NCBI RefSeq assembly: GCF_001194135.2 | Contig: NC_068995.1 | Location: 51,012,344 to 51,076,343 of the forward strand | From: Octopus bimaculoides | Lineage: Eukaryota | Direction: 5' to 3' | Length of the DNA: 64,000 nt | In this document: positions 12,778 through 25,605 of the stretch, in pieces | Numbering within the stretch: position 1 is the stretch's first letter | Layout: each line of letters starts with the position of its first letter | Notes under the pieces: generated by a model | The model's input: the letters and a program-made list of their open reading frames with translations, nothing else | The model's database searches: none | Told to the model about the DNA's origin: nothing | Made by a program: the position numbers and the translations under genes

Positions 12778-13372
12778 GTGGTTTCATAAATAAGAACATG
12801 ACTGCAAGATTATTGGGAGGAAAGTCAATAATAATAATTGATAGGCACAGGTGTGGCTGTTTGGTAAGAAGTTTGCTTCCCAACCACATGGTTCAGGGTT
12901 CAGTCCCATCAAATGATACCCTGGGGAAGACCAAAGCCTTGTGAGTGGACTTAGCAGATGGACACTGAAACCAGCCACCATATATATATCATCATCATCA
13001 TCAACAACATTTAACATCCATTTTCTATGCTAGCATGGGTTGAATGATTTGACAGGAACTGGCAAGGCCAGGGCTGTGCAAGGTTCCACAGTCTGTTTTG
13101 GTTTGGCTTCAACAGCTGGATGCCCTTCCTAATGCAAACCACTTTACAGAGTGTACTGGATGCTTTTTATGTGGCACCATCACCAGTGCTCTTTAGGTGG
13201 CACCAGCACCCACACCAATGCTTTTTATGTGGCACTTTGGTTTTAGGATCTCAGTTCTGTTGTGGTGGGCAGGTCTTGTATATGTGTTTTACCGTCTCCT
13301 TGCCTTGGCAGTGGATGATAGTTGCAAACAAGTGTCCTTCTGTCTGGCACAGCAATGATTCTGCCAGCTCAC

Positions 13373-13403
<31 letters not shown>

Positions 13404-13462
13404 TGCAGTAAATCTTATTTGTAACTTCTCACAATATGGAGAAAGAAACTGCTTGTACTCAC

Positions 13463-13546
13463 CGGTTAATTTACACCTTCCTTCACTTTCTTTGGATTTG
13501 AGAGCTGTTTTTGAACAATACTGGATTGGAATATCTAATGATAAAT
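13463..13546 (-). CDS. USP3: USP3-like exon: (D)LSLDIPIQYCSKTALKSKESEGRCKLT(D)
   Basis: Completes the FLDLSLDIP motif; acceptor tttctag|, donor CCG|gtgagt; 84 nt, phase 1 to 1. Confidence 0.95.
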
Positions 13547-13878
13547 CTAGAAAATAAAGTAAAATAAAAAGAAATACTGAGAATAATATCAGTTTATTTA
13601 CATGTATATTGTCAGTATAAGCCAATCATTCTCAATGGGATTCATAAGGCCTCCTGAGTGGCGAAGCCAAATTTGGAGAAGACCTCAGCCTGAAAACTGA
13701 AAAGGAGGACCCTGATACATTTCAAGTGAGCTATGTACAAACCCTTTTTGACATCAAACCCTGAAACCTGAGAAGAGATCCTTAGGGAGCCATGATTGGT
13801 ATAAATGATATGTTGCATTGTTCATGTGATTAGGATTTCATACAACCAAATAGTTATATCTGTTACCTCTATCTGCAA

Positions 13879-13918
<40 letters not shown>

Positions 13919-14013
13919 TCATCATCATCGTTTAACGTCCGCTTTCCATGCTAGCATGGGTTGGACGATTTGACTGAGGACTGGTGAAACCGGATGGCAA
14001 TACCAGGCCCCAA

Positions 14014-14046
<33 letters not shown>

Positions 14047-14048
<2 letters not shown>

Positions 14049-14272
14049 AGAGTATTGTAGTTCGCTTGAAGCATTGTGTATTGTTTGTAAAGAATAAAAA
14101 GTTTTGAATGGTACAACAATGCACTATAATACAAGCAATGGGCTCTATACCTGTTGTAATTTAGTCATCCATAGTCTGATTTGATATTTCGGAATAAAGG
14201 AATATTATTCCGAAATATCATATCAGATTATGGATGACTGAATTACAACAGGTAAGTCATTGTTGTACCATT
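14047..14272. repeat. Second copy of the palindromic MITE-like family
   Basis: Inner hairpin 14148-14254 (TACCTGTTGTAATT...AATTACAACAGGTA); outer IR 14107-14121/14258-14272; 14047-14128 is the reverse complement of 7011-7092. Confidence 0.85.
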
Positions 14273-14469
14273 ACCATATTGCACAAAATGCTTAGTGCCA
14301 TTTCTTCCAGTCTTTCATTCTGAGATTCAAATGTTGCCATGGTTGACTTTGTCTGTCATCCTTCTGTGGTTTATAAAGTAAGTCCTGGTTGAGCACTGAG
14401 GTTAATGTAATCGACTACTTCTTCCGCCACAAAATTTCAGGCCTTGTGCTTGTATTATGATTATTATAA

Positions 14470-14655
14470 GGCGGTGAACAGCAAAATCGTAAGTACACTG
14501 GGCATTTTGACTGTCCTTACATTCTGAGTTCAATTTCTGCTGAGGCTGACTTTGCCTTTCAACTTTTCGGGGTCAATAAAATCAGTATCAGTAGTCAATT
14601 TGCCCCCTGCCTCTCCTGAAATTGCTGGCCTTGTGCCAAAATATGAAACCAATAT
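14470..14655 (+). mobile_element. SINE-like family B representative (ttctgagttcaaat...ggggtcgataaaataagtacc...ggccttgtgccaaaa)
   Basis: tRNA-like B box GAGTTCAA. Many copies in both orientations, e.g. near 100, 2125, 3580, 14280, 19440, 25800, 26000, 32550, 43950, 57480 and 60370. Confidence 0.8.
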
Positions 14656-14761
14656 TATGATTAACATCATTATCTTTATACTCATCATCATCATCATTGT
14701 CATCACTAAATTAAACTAAATATTACAAAAGAAAAGAAAAGAAAGAAAAAAGGATGATTAC

Positions 14762-14982
14762 CAAGAAAAGGGTCGTGTTTTTTAGATTCCATATTACATA
14801 TCAAACAATTGACCTCATTCTGAAGTAAACCACCGAAAATGGCAGTCACAATTGTACTTTTGCCTTTTGGACCAATAAACGGACTGTTGTCATTTGGGTA
14901 GGGTAAAAGAGTGAGTAATTCTGTATGTAGTCTGTCTAATAAGTAGCGCATGAACTCGTGGGCGTCTTGTTGTTGGTAACCT
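14762..14982 (-). CDS. USP3: USP3-like exon: (R)GYQQQDAHEFMRYLLDRLHTELLTLLPYPNDNSPFIGPKGKSTIVTAIFGGLLQNEVNCLICNMESKKHDPFL(D)
   Basis: QQQDAHEF box and first finger CxxC; acceptor atttcag|, donor TTG|gtaatc; 221 nt, phase 2 to 1. Confidence 0.97.
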
Positions 14983-15205
14983 CTGAAATATGGGAAACAG
15001 TGATTTGTTCACATTTGGCATTGAAGTGGATTACATTAAATCAGAAGTAGTAGTAGCAATCAGCAGTAGTAGTAGTAGTAGTAGTCAGTAATAAATTTTC
15101 ACATATTAAGGAAACAATAATCATTATGGAACGGAGAGGCTGGAAGTTACGAAAGCAGTAATTTAGTAACTTGGGGCTGCTCTGAGATTAAAAGGTTTGG
15201 ATAAT

Positions 15206-15430
15206 TTAACCCTTTAGCATTTAAACCAGTGATATCTGGCCCTAATATTCTACTTGTTTTATGTTCAAGCCAGCCAGATCCAGCCTTTCACACCCACCCA
15301 ACAATGTTATTCTAAAAATAAAAAAAATCACATCATCGAAATCTAGAACCTTTGAGATAATGCATGATTAATCCAAAACATGAATAAATAAGTATTACAT
15401 TTGACAGTAATCTGAATGCTAAAGCTTTAA
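15206..15430. mobile_element. TTAA-flanked (piggyBac-like) MITE
   Basis: TTAA|CCCTTTAGCATT...AATGCTAAAGCT|TTAA; homologous copy at 1594-1820. Confidence 0.7.
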
Positions 15431-16156
15431 TGACCAATAGAATAAGATAAACCATCATCATCGTTTAACATCCACTTTCCATGCTGGCATGGGTTGGATG
15501 GTTTGATTGAGGACTGGCAAGCCAGGAGGCTGCACCAAACTCCAATCTGATTATGCATCAATATATTATACAAACAAGTGCTAATTAATGGAATGTTTGG
15601 AATATGTATAAATCTTTTAACTTTTGCTTGTTCAGTCATTAGACTGCAGCCATGCTGGGGTACTGCCTTGAAAAGTTACAGGGATGTAAACAAACCAACA
15701 CTGTTTGTCAAGCAGAGTAGTGGGGGACAAACAGGCACAAAGACACACACACATGACAGGCTTCTCTCAGATTCTGTCTACCAAATCCACCCACAAAGCT
15801 TTGGTCGGCCCAAGGCTCTAGTAGAAGACACTTGCCTAAGGTGTCACAACAGTGGAACTGAACCCAGAACCATGTGGTTGGGAAGCAAACTTCTAACCAG
15901 ACAGTCGTAAGATTTTAGTGTTTTACTTTTTCAGTAAAAATTACTGCAATAAATCACATCTAAAAGCTTTATTTGTTACTTGAAATTCTTTATTTTAGCA
16001 CAGAAATCGTAGACCAATAGATTTACCCATTTGTCTTATAAAAATTAATAATATAATGTTAAATATGGCCAGAGTTGATGCCAACTAAATTTGGCCTAAA
16101 TTGTCCCAGATAAAATCAGACAATTGACAGAAATGTCTTGTAACCTTCGTACATAC

Positions 16157-16270
16157 CTAAATCTGGGTACAACTTGCCAGATCACTGAGAAGAGGGAATC
16201 TGGGGATATAGCTGTCTTGGTTCCCTGCCATAAAGCTATCAATGTTTTCCGCAGTTCTTCCACTAAAAGC
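16157..16270 (-). CDS. USP3: USP3-like exon: (V)LLVEELRKTLIALWQGTKTAISPDSLFSVIWQVVPRF(R)
   Basis: Within ORF 16096..16314; acceptor attttag|, donor AG|gtatgt; 114 nt. Matches LVEEFRKTLCALWQG...SPESLF. Confidence 0.96.
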   Translation of the reverse strand, partial: AFSGRTAENIDSFMAGNQDSYIPRFPLLSDLASCTQI

Positions 16271-17135
16271 CTAAAATAGATAGAATAAAAATAAAGACAA
16301 AATATGATAAACAAAGGAATAAATAGGATTATATTTCAGAAAGTTTGCCTTTTCCTTAAAGATGAAACAATGATTAATATTAGCAAGAGCAATGTGTTTT
16401 GATTGAGTTAATCTGTGATTGACATCAGGTGTTTTATTCTTAGATCTGTACATAAAACCAGGTTGGATTTGAACTAGGGACCTGTATTTTTGAACGATGT
16501 ATCACAACAGTCTTAACCACTTGGCCAGATTTTCCCAATGAGCTCCTTTTGAGGTCAAGTGGCAGAAATGTCAGAACTTAAGACTAAGTACTTTACAAAT
16601 ATTTAAATTCAGGGTCTCAAGTTCAAATCTAGTAAGGGCTTATTTCACCTTCAAGCAATGCAAGAATCCCAGAGGGAAGCAACAAAAACAAACAGAGAAT
16701 GAGTAACTTTTTCTAACTGGTCTCAGTCAAACTGTGACCAAACTGGGGCAATTTAGTCAATTTTACCAATCCTAATGATCATTTTAGTATGTGGTACTCA
16801 TTTTATTGTCCTTAGAATAATAGAAATAGATCTAGGTGGAATTTCAACTCACTTCATAAAAAAAAAAATGTAACCAATACTTGTAAAGTACAATAATTTA
16901 TAACATATCAAAAAAAATAGTATCAGTCATGCACTGAGATTGATTAAGGCAATAAACATTTATGACCCTGTGTCAAGGTTAGAAAGCGTTATTAATAAGC
17001 TTAGAGTTGGTCTGAGTCAACAGTTAATGAGCATAAACAGGAGCATAAACAAACAAGAATAAAGATAAGAGCCAGCTGTTCTGCCCGTATTTCATACACA
17101 GAAGAGTATAAACAAGAAATCAACCTTATACTTAC

Positions 17136-17246
17136 ACATCTTCCCCATTTTTTGTTCGTTTAGCATAATGACATTTCCTCATTTTGTATACTTGATCTTC
17201 CAAAGAAGGTAAACGTTTAATGTAACCACAAAATTCCTCTATATTG
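17136..17246 (-). CDS. USP3: USP3-like exon: (S)NIEEFCGYIKRLPSLEDQVYKMRKCHYAKRTKNGED(V)
   Basis: Acceptor tctcttgcag|, donor GT|gtaagt; 111 nt, phase 2 to 2. Matches the recalled SNIEQFCCYFKELP segment. Confidence 0.93.
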
Positions 17247-18447
17247 CTGCAAGAGACAAACCACAAAACTGTTCAGAAATAAATGGAACCATGTTTTCAA
17301 TTCTTTTATTCTTTCTTTTTTTCTTTTATTCTTTTATTTGCTTCAGTCCTTTGACTGCGGCCATGCTGGAGCACCGCCTTTAGTCGAGCAAATCAACACC
17401 AGGACTCATTCTTTGTAAGCCTAGTACTTATTCTATCAGTCTCCTTTGCTGAACTGCTAAGTTAGGACGTAAACACACCAGCATTGGCTGTNNNNNNNNN
17501 NNNNNNNNNNNNNNNNNNNNNNNNNNNNNNNNNNNNNNNNNNNNNNNNNNNNNNNNNNNNNNNNNNNNNNCAGACGCACACACACACACACACACACACA
17601 TATGTGGGAATTATTTTTATTATCATTTCTTTCAGTAACCATGTGATATGAATGCATATTTTCTCATCAAATTTTAATCATCTCTATATTCCCCCTAAAC
17701 CCTGGTTAAAGGTTAGTTTTAATTATTGATTCTCAACAAACACTGGTATAATTAAGACATATTGGTTATGTTTACCTCGGTCTATTGAACTAAAATTTAA
17801 CTGCTACTATTTTATCTTTAAAATGAAATCCCAACAAAATGCAAGCAAACATTCTATTGATCATAAATCTTTAAAAATCCAGACAACAAAGAAGTAAAAT
17901 TTAATTAAAGCACCTTTTAATTTAAAACTATTTTATATAATTCCCAAAATCATCAAATCAAATTAGTGTTTAGTAAAAATATTTTAAACTATTTTTATAA
18001 ATTGCAATAAATTCTAATCCAATAAGAAGACATAATTAGGACTACTCCAAACCTATTTTGGAGAATTTAACATCTGGAGAGAAGACGATGGTTTGGAAAT
18101 CAAAGAATTGTGAATTTAACTTTGGTATATTATAGGTGCAGGCATGGCTGTGTGGTTAGGAAGTTTGCTTCCCAACCATGTGGTTTTGTGTTCAGTTCCA
18201 TTAAGTGAACCATGAGCAATTGTGTTCTACAATAGTCCCAGGTTGAGTGGATTTGGTAGGTGGTAACTGAAAGACATTCGTTGTATGCATACATGTGTAT
18301 GCATGTACACAAATGTGTGTACACTCATCAGGACATCATATGATGGTTGTAAGCTAATGGTATAGAAGAAGGGAAAGGAAAGGGGATACATCTATAATAA
18401 AGAAACAACAAACATAACCAAATGATGATCAGAAAATATTTTTTTAC

Positions 18448-18530
18448 CTGAGTGACTGTAAAACTGCATTCATAAAACATGTGTTCCCCAAATTCCGAAG
18501 CCCAGATGATCTTGGATTGGTATCTTTGTC
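18448..18530 (-). CDS. USP3: USP3-like exon with catalytic Cys box: DKDTNPRSSGLRNLGNTCFMNAVLQSL(S)
   Basis: Canonical USP Cys box GLxNLGNTCFMN; donor CAG|gtaaaa; 83 nt, phase 0 to 2. Confidence 0.97.
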
Positions 18531-18819
18531 CTTATTATTATAAAAAATAAATAACAAAAATAAATTAAAAAATAAAAATAAATAAATTTAATGCAAATAT
18601 AAATAATGAAAAAGATTTCGTCTGAGCGTTGAGTCAAAGGTTAATTTTTGGTAAAATCAGTTGCTGAGAGAATATGTGAAGGGAACAATCCTTGTTGCAC
18701 TTCCTCTAGATGCATAACTTAAATAAACTTATTTGATAAATGGACACCATTTAGGTGTTGCTTTCTAATTTCAAATACATCAAGACTGAATCATCAACAC
18801 ACCTCACACACACGTGCGT

Positions 18820-18820
<1 letters not shown>

Positions 18821-18893
<73 letters not shown>
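18821..18893. repeat. (GT)n microsatellite, representative of dozens in the window
   Basis: Direct reading. Confidence 0.95.
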
Positions 18894-18897
<4 letters not shown>

Positions 18898-20575
18898 ATA
18901 TTGCCTTGTATTGTAGCTAGGGGCTGACCAATACCTTGTGAGTGAATCAGACACAGAGAGAAACTATATAAGGCCTATTACATATCCCACACTCCCCACC
19001 TGCAGACTCAGCAAGTACAAAATAAAGAAGAAAAGGAAAAAAAAAGGCATGGCTGTGTGATAAGAAGTCTGTTTCCCAACCACATAATCCTGGATTCAGT
19101 TCTGCAGTGTGGCACATTGGGCAAGTCTCTTCTACTATAGCCCAAGGCTATAGTGGAAGAGACGAGTGGATTTCGTAAGTGGAAACTGAAAGAAGTGTGT
19201 GTGTGTGTTTGTGTGTGTGTGTGACCTCTGCTTGACAACCGGTGTTGATGTGTTTACATCCCAATGACTTAACAGTTTGACAAAGGGACCAATAGTATAA
19301 GTAAAAAAAAAAAAGGTACTGGTGTCAATTCATTCAACTAAAACTTTGTCAAGGCAGTGCTCCAGCATGGACACAGTCTAATGACTGAAACAAGGACAAG
19401 ATACAGGATCAAAGATAGTATGCATTACAGTAATACAAACCAACCCCAGTAGTTGACTGGTATTTTATTTTACAATCCTGGAAGGATGAAAGCTAAAGCT
19501 GACATCAGCCAGATTTGAACTCAGAATGGCTGTAACTGAATATAGTAAGTTATTTTGTCCAATGCTCTAAAAATAATGAAATTTGTTGAATTTTCATTAG
19601 ATAAGCACAAAAAAGAGTTCAAAGTACTGGCAAGAGAGTACTAGCTGAAACATTTCATGACACTCAGTGTTGTTTGCTTCTTCTGTTTGGATGAAAAGAG
19701 TACAATGTACTTTAATCTAAGCCAGAATTCTATTACAATTATTATCAGCCAAGCAGTGTGACTTGGCATATATCATACCAGAACTGTGAATTAAGGTTGC
19801 TGATGCATGCACAAAACAATTCCCTGACTAATACAATAATACTGCAACTGTCCGCTATGTATTTACATTGCTGACAGCTGGAAAAGTGTTGAGCTACAAG
19901 TTGAAGGAAACTGATGTCAAAATCATGAAATACAATATTTTACTTCAATATCTACAAACAGCACCACGATACTGTTGTTATTAGATATACTTGTATATAC
20001 ACAATTATATTGTGTGCACACACACATACAAAGTATACTTTTTTTTATTCAGTCATTGGGTAGTGGTAGTGCTGGTAAAATGCTTTCAAGTGTTTAGTTG
20101 TTGATATTGTCTACCCTGCGACTAATTTCAGGCTGGTACTTATTTTATTGAGCACGGCTTGTCAAAACTACTAAGTTAGGTAACATAAAAGGATGCAACG
20201 CAAACAAACACGCACATACAGGGTGGGCTTCTGCACAGTTTCCATCAGCAAAATTCAACACAAAAGGTATGGACCAACCTGAAGCTACAGTAGAAGGCAA
20301 TGGGATTGAACATGAAACCAGATGGTTGCACATCAATCCACTCAACCACATGGTTATATCTGCACTTACATAAACTTTATAATTACATAAATATAGTCTA
20401 TACAGTGATTATTAAAGTGTACAACAGAGGCAACAGGTGTATATCTTATACCATCTAGCTATATNNNNNNNNNNNNNNNNNNNNNNNNNNNTATATATAT
20501 ATAATCTTGTTTTAACACAAACAAAGGCATAAATTATTACAAATGGATGGGGACTATGCCAAATATGAAATTATG

Positions 20576-20632
<57 letters not shown>

Positions 20633-21506
20633 TATATATTCTTTTACTTGTTTCCATCATTTGACTGTGGCCATGCTGGAGCACCGCCTTTTGAAAAAAG
20701 GTTTTTGTGTTTTCATCCAAAACAGAGACAAACACCATTCCTCCATGTGATCGGCTTAAAAAATTGTTAAGATATTAGGATATTTTTCTTCACATGAAAC
20801 CAATGGTGGCCTTAATACACAAATAAAGAAGTTTTATCCACCAATGCGGTGTTGAGAACATTCTCACTGTTTGTCATTTATATGTGTGTATATATATATA
20901 CATACATACACATACTTACATACAGAGGGGAGAGAGAAAGAGTGAGAAAGAAAGAGAGAGAGAGAGAGCAAGAAGGAACATAGAAAATGTAGTCAGTATT
21001 AATGCATTATATGATTTACATGTGTTTCATGAGATTGGCAGGCATCAATTATGTGAACACAAAACCCAATTACACGAACAAATGCTACAAGACCCACTCC
21101 AGCATAATGTGGCAAAAATACAACACACACATTAAAAGAAAGAAAAAAAAAATGAAGAATACTGAAACATGTCATGAAATATATTATACTGCCCAAAATA
21201 TATGAGAGATTTTTGAATTTGAATTCATTCAATATTGTAACAACTGTCTACTGATGTAGCTGGTTTGGCCTTTATTTATTTATTTATTTCTGGCAAAAAA
21301 TCGATTGAATCAACAGTAGTGTGTGACTGACATTTTATTTGACTTGATCCTAGAGGGATTTAAAGCCAGGCTATAAAGTGACATCCTAGACTAAATCTAG
21401 CAAGGCACATTGCTAATAATCCCAACCCTGTCCTCTACCTATCAACCACTGCCACTGGCACGGTTGCTATTCTTGTCTTCAAAAGAGAAAGAAGTAGACG
21501 ACTCAC

Positions 21507-21591
21507 CAATTTCATTTTTTTCCTTTTGTTATTTTCAACTGAATCTGTTTGAGAAATTCTTTTAGATTTGTCTCTCAGCCGGCTCTGTGGA
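21507..21591 (-). CDS. USP3: USP3-like linker exon: (S)PQSRLRDKSKRISQTDSVENNKRKKMKL
   Basis: Acceptor cctacccatgcag|, donor TTG|gtgagt; 85 nt, phase 2 to 0, bridging both neighbours in frame. Contains a basic KRKKMK NLS-like stretch; sequence conservation is weak. Confidence 0.8.
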
Positions 21592-21634
21592 CTGCATGGG
21601 TAGGAAAAAGAGAAATAATTATCACATGTATATT

Positions 21635-21670
<36 letters not shown>

Positions 21671-22191
21671 ACGTTTCAGAACACGTTTAAATATGTAGAA
21701 TATCACAACGGTAAACAAAAGATATACATAAAGCACTGATCTTTAACATTTTTGCATATTAAATGTAAGAATGATCACATCAATATTATATATATNNNNN
21801 NNNNNNNNNNNNNNNNNNNNNNNNNNNNNNNNNNNNNNNNNNNNNNNNNNNNNNNNNNNNNNNNNNNNNNNNNNNNNNNNNNNNNNNNNNNNNNNNNNNN
21901 NNNNNNNNNNNNNNNNNNNNNNNNNNNNNNNNNNNNNNNNNNNNNNNNNNNNNNNNNNNNNNNNNNNNNNNNNNNNNNNNNNNNNNNNNNNNNNNNNNNN
22001 NNNNNNNNNNNNNNNNNNNNNNNNNNNNNNNNNNNNNNNNNNNNNNNNNNNNNNNNNNNNNNNNNNNNNNNNNNNNNNNNNNNNNNNNNNNNNNNNNNNN
22101 NNNNNNNNNNNNNNNNATTTATTTGTTATTATTATTGTTATTATTGTTATTGTTGTTGCAATAAAGTATTTTCAATGGATTAATTTTTAGC

Positions 22192-22232
<41 letters not shown>

Positions 22233-22803
22233 TTCTGAATTTTAGTAGAAAGCCAGCAATTTCTAAAGGAAAGGGGTTATCACTGTTATCTCTATTAGCT
22301 TGTATGTTTTTCCCTGCATGTCCCAAACATTTTGGTATATCAGACAAGTGCCATCCAGAAAGTCTAGATACTCTAGCATCTGTTCTTGTAAAAACCATGT
22401 GCCTATTCTTTTGGCCTGTGTAGTTTTACACATCTAGTTAATCCCCATCAAGAAGGATATTGGTGACAGACGACCCTGCTGTACTTTATAATTGGATGTC
22501 CTTCTTGACACCAACTGTTGAATAATGTTGAACATTGTTAAGAAGGACACCAAGTGTCACAACTGCCCAACTAGTACAAATATGAAGACACACACACTCA
22601 CATTACAGAAATATGTTTGTTCTTCCAGAGGAGCAAGGAAAGTATGCAGAGATTTAAGTGTAAACACGGCAGAAAAATGAAGGAGGACGAGGGGAAAATA
22701 TTCGAAGATGATGGAGAGAGAGTCTTGCTTCTTTTATTTTATTATTATTTTATTTTTGGTTTTTACTGGATTAAGCAACAGGAAGACAAAAAAATATAAA
22801 TAC

Positions 22804-22887
22804 CTGTTCAGTGATTGAAGATGTTTTCGGAGTTTTTCAAGATGTCCTCCTTTAGTATCATTGACCACAAATTCATCACAGACATAA
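22804..22887 (-). CDS. USP3: USP3-like exon: (C)YVCDEFVVNDTKGGHLEKLRKHLQSLN(S)
   Basis: Acceptor ttctattag|, donor AACAG|gtattt; 84 nt, phase 2 to 2. Matches the CY-x-CDDFVVNDTK end of ZnF-UBP. Confidence 0.95.
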
Positions 22888-23110
22888 CTAATAGAAAGTA
22901 AAAACAAGAGAAATATATTTCAGTNNNNNNNNNNNNNNNNNNNNNNNNNNNNNNNNNNNNNNNNNNNNNNNNNNNNNNNNNNNNNNNNAGAGAAAGAGAG
23001 AGAGAAAGAGAGAGATATGAAGAATAAAGAATGGGGAAAAACAGAAACATTTGAAATGGATTGACAGAGAAACAGCTGTAGGGGTGATCTGCCTGTTTTT
23101 ATCATTATAA

Positions 23111-23338
23111 GGGAAAAGTGCTTATGCTTTGTGAGACATTGCTGGCAAGCTAAACAAGACCTACAGCTATGGATGTCAAAGCACAACTGTACTCAAGCTT
23201 GTCATCTGCACACAATGTGTGCACATCAACTCATCAGAGACACTAGGTGCCTCCCCAAAGACCGCCTTCAACTGATGCAGGATCGAGATGGATGGTGTGT
23301 GCAGGTAAAAAGTGTCTGAGCAAGCTTGACCAGATGAC
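23111..23338 (+). mobile_element. Decayed RTE-clade LINE 3' fragment
   Basis: RHCWQAKQD...LWMSKH...QLIRDTRCLP...MQDRDGW resembles the RTE C-terminal GHCWR...LW.P.HG...DTG...M.DRDGW pattern. Confidence 0.65.
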
Positions 23339-24169
23339 AATGGCAGAGTTTGTAGAACATCAGACAAAATTCATTTTTGTATTTAGTCAGATTCCTTGAG
23401 ATTTCAACCCCAAATAGCACCAGGATTAATTTTTCAGGATCAATAAAACAAGTACCAGTCATATGCTGAGGTTGAATAATAACAGTAACAACAGCTGCCG
23501 CCGCCGCCACCACCGCCAAGACAACAATGCAATAGGCAAAGTGTGCACTTCTATCAGTCTATGTTAGGAATCAATGAGTTGTTAATTCATAAACCAGTTT
23601 TGGTTTTTCAAACCCAAAATTACTGCAGTTATGGCCAGAAGTTCTTTACCTTCACCAAATTAAACACAATAAAAATGCCTGAAAACTAATCTGGTCATAA
23701 TAACTGATGACTAGTAGGCTTGAAATTTTGCCAGTTATTTGAGTTTAAATCCTCCAATACTTTATTGCACTCCATCTTTGAACACTTACTGATTGTCTGT
23801 AAATTTCAAGTGGAGCTCATCTTGTAGTAAAATAAACTTATATCTGGGTTGGTGCAACTACTACAACAAATATTCCAGTATAAAAGACAGATTCACACAT
23901 CAATACAACTGCTAGACCACGGACACACTATTTCCTTTCTCTGCCTTTTCAATCATTACTGCAACAGCCTCTGTGCCTTTGAAATGGTAAGTTATGTACT
24001 GACCCTGCCCAAGCCTACCCAATACACTGGCACCTCCTCGACATCATCACTATGTCTCACATAAGAAAGCAAGGAAGATTCTATAAGGGTTGCCTGGCTT
24101 GCTAGAAACAGCAACCAAATCCCCACCAAATCACACTTACTGGTCTCAATAAAGACGAATACATTAGAC

Positions 24170-24409
24170 CAGTCATTCTCAACCAGGGACAATATGAACC
24201 AAAGATTTTGCTGTTAAAAATTCTGTGATGAATTAGTTATACTTCAGCAAGACTCAAAATATTTCAACAATTTTTTTAATACAATTCCTAATAATATTTA
24301 ATTAAAAAAAAATAAAAAGATTTTTTAAAATTGCAAATGGATAAGAAAGGTCCAGTAGAGTAAAACAAACTAAAGGGGTTCATAGGTAAAAAATGGTTGA
24401 GAACCATTG
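24170..24409. mobile_element. hAT (Charlie-like) MITE inserted in a SINE-like repeat
   Basis: TIRs CAGTCATTCTCAACC and GGTTGAGAACCATTG; 8-bp TSD CATTAGAC/CATTAAAC (7 of 8 match). Confidence 0.8.
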
Positions 24410-25605
24410 CATTAAACAATGTAGTCCCTGAAATAAAACGAAGACTGAATGATCCCCAGCTGGAATACCTTTAATCATGGGTCTGCTTGATCAGAGTTAA
24501 GTTGGGACTAAACAATAACAACAACTGAGTCTCACTGAACAAAGTCTACCCTGAGCTTTCTCTCCAAACCTTCTACACTATAAATGCATCCTTCTGGAAT
24601 AGTCTCCCCAGATTAATTCTCATTTTCCTTACATCATCTTGCAGCAGTTCATATTGAACACTAGCCAGTATATGTCTCCCACTAACAAGGAAAAGTTGAT
24701 AAACCAGACCTTAAGCAGGACAGTTAATAATTCATCGTACTTTGTTCACGTCAGAATATCTCGAAAGTTCAATTGTCAACTCACTGCCAAAAAAAAGTCC
24801 CTGCCAGCTGCTACTATCAATAAATGGGTCGATACATTTATGAAAATACAATTGAAGTTGCTGATTGCGATCACTTTGGGATGAAGTCTTTTCCAATATC
24901 AATAACCAGCTGATAAAATTATCTTTTCTCTACTTAATTAAACAATCTATGAGAACACCTGAGAATAAAGAGTTTGGAACCCACTCACCAATTTAATAAC
25001 AATAACTAGCTGATAACATCATCTGTAATTATAGCAAATAGCTTCCGTTGTATATAGGAGAGTAAGGGAGAGAGAGAGAGAGAAGTATTATGAAAGAGTG
25101 AGAGAGTTTGAAAAACATAAGTGAAAGGAAAAGAGAAAGCAAGAAGGAGGGAATGTGAGGTAATGTTTCAATCACTTGGAAAGAAATTTATTAACCAAAA
25201 TAAAACCAGTCCAAAATTTCTCAATCATTTTCTACTAAAATTATATCTCAACAGAGGAATTATTTATTTATCATTTTTAAACAGAATTATCACAGGATTA
25301 TTTCAGCTTGAGGGAGCTTATTCAAATGACAATGATCATCTAAGCACCTAACAATAACCCATTGCTAATTCAGTATAAATATATATTTGCTTTTGTCCAC
25401 TGTCTGCTTCCCATTAACATAATCCCAATTGCTTAGTAAAATTTTGGATTTGGATGTATTTTATAAATTCTGAATTCTTGTACATTTTGTTCTTTAAAAT
25501 GAAACAACAACAACAATGATAATATCATTTTTCTTTATACTTTGCCATCAGGCTTGAAGTTTAGGGGAGATGGGGACAATCAATTATATTGGTTCCAGTG
25601 CTCAT

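Noticed and set aside
16457-16526. tRNA-like sequence with A/B boxes (minus strand); similar ones at ~44150 and in SINE heads
   Set aside because: No complete cloverleaf or acceptor stem; interpreted as SINE heads, not tRNA genes.
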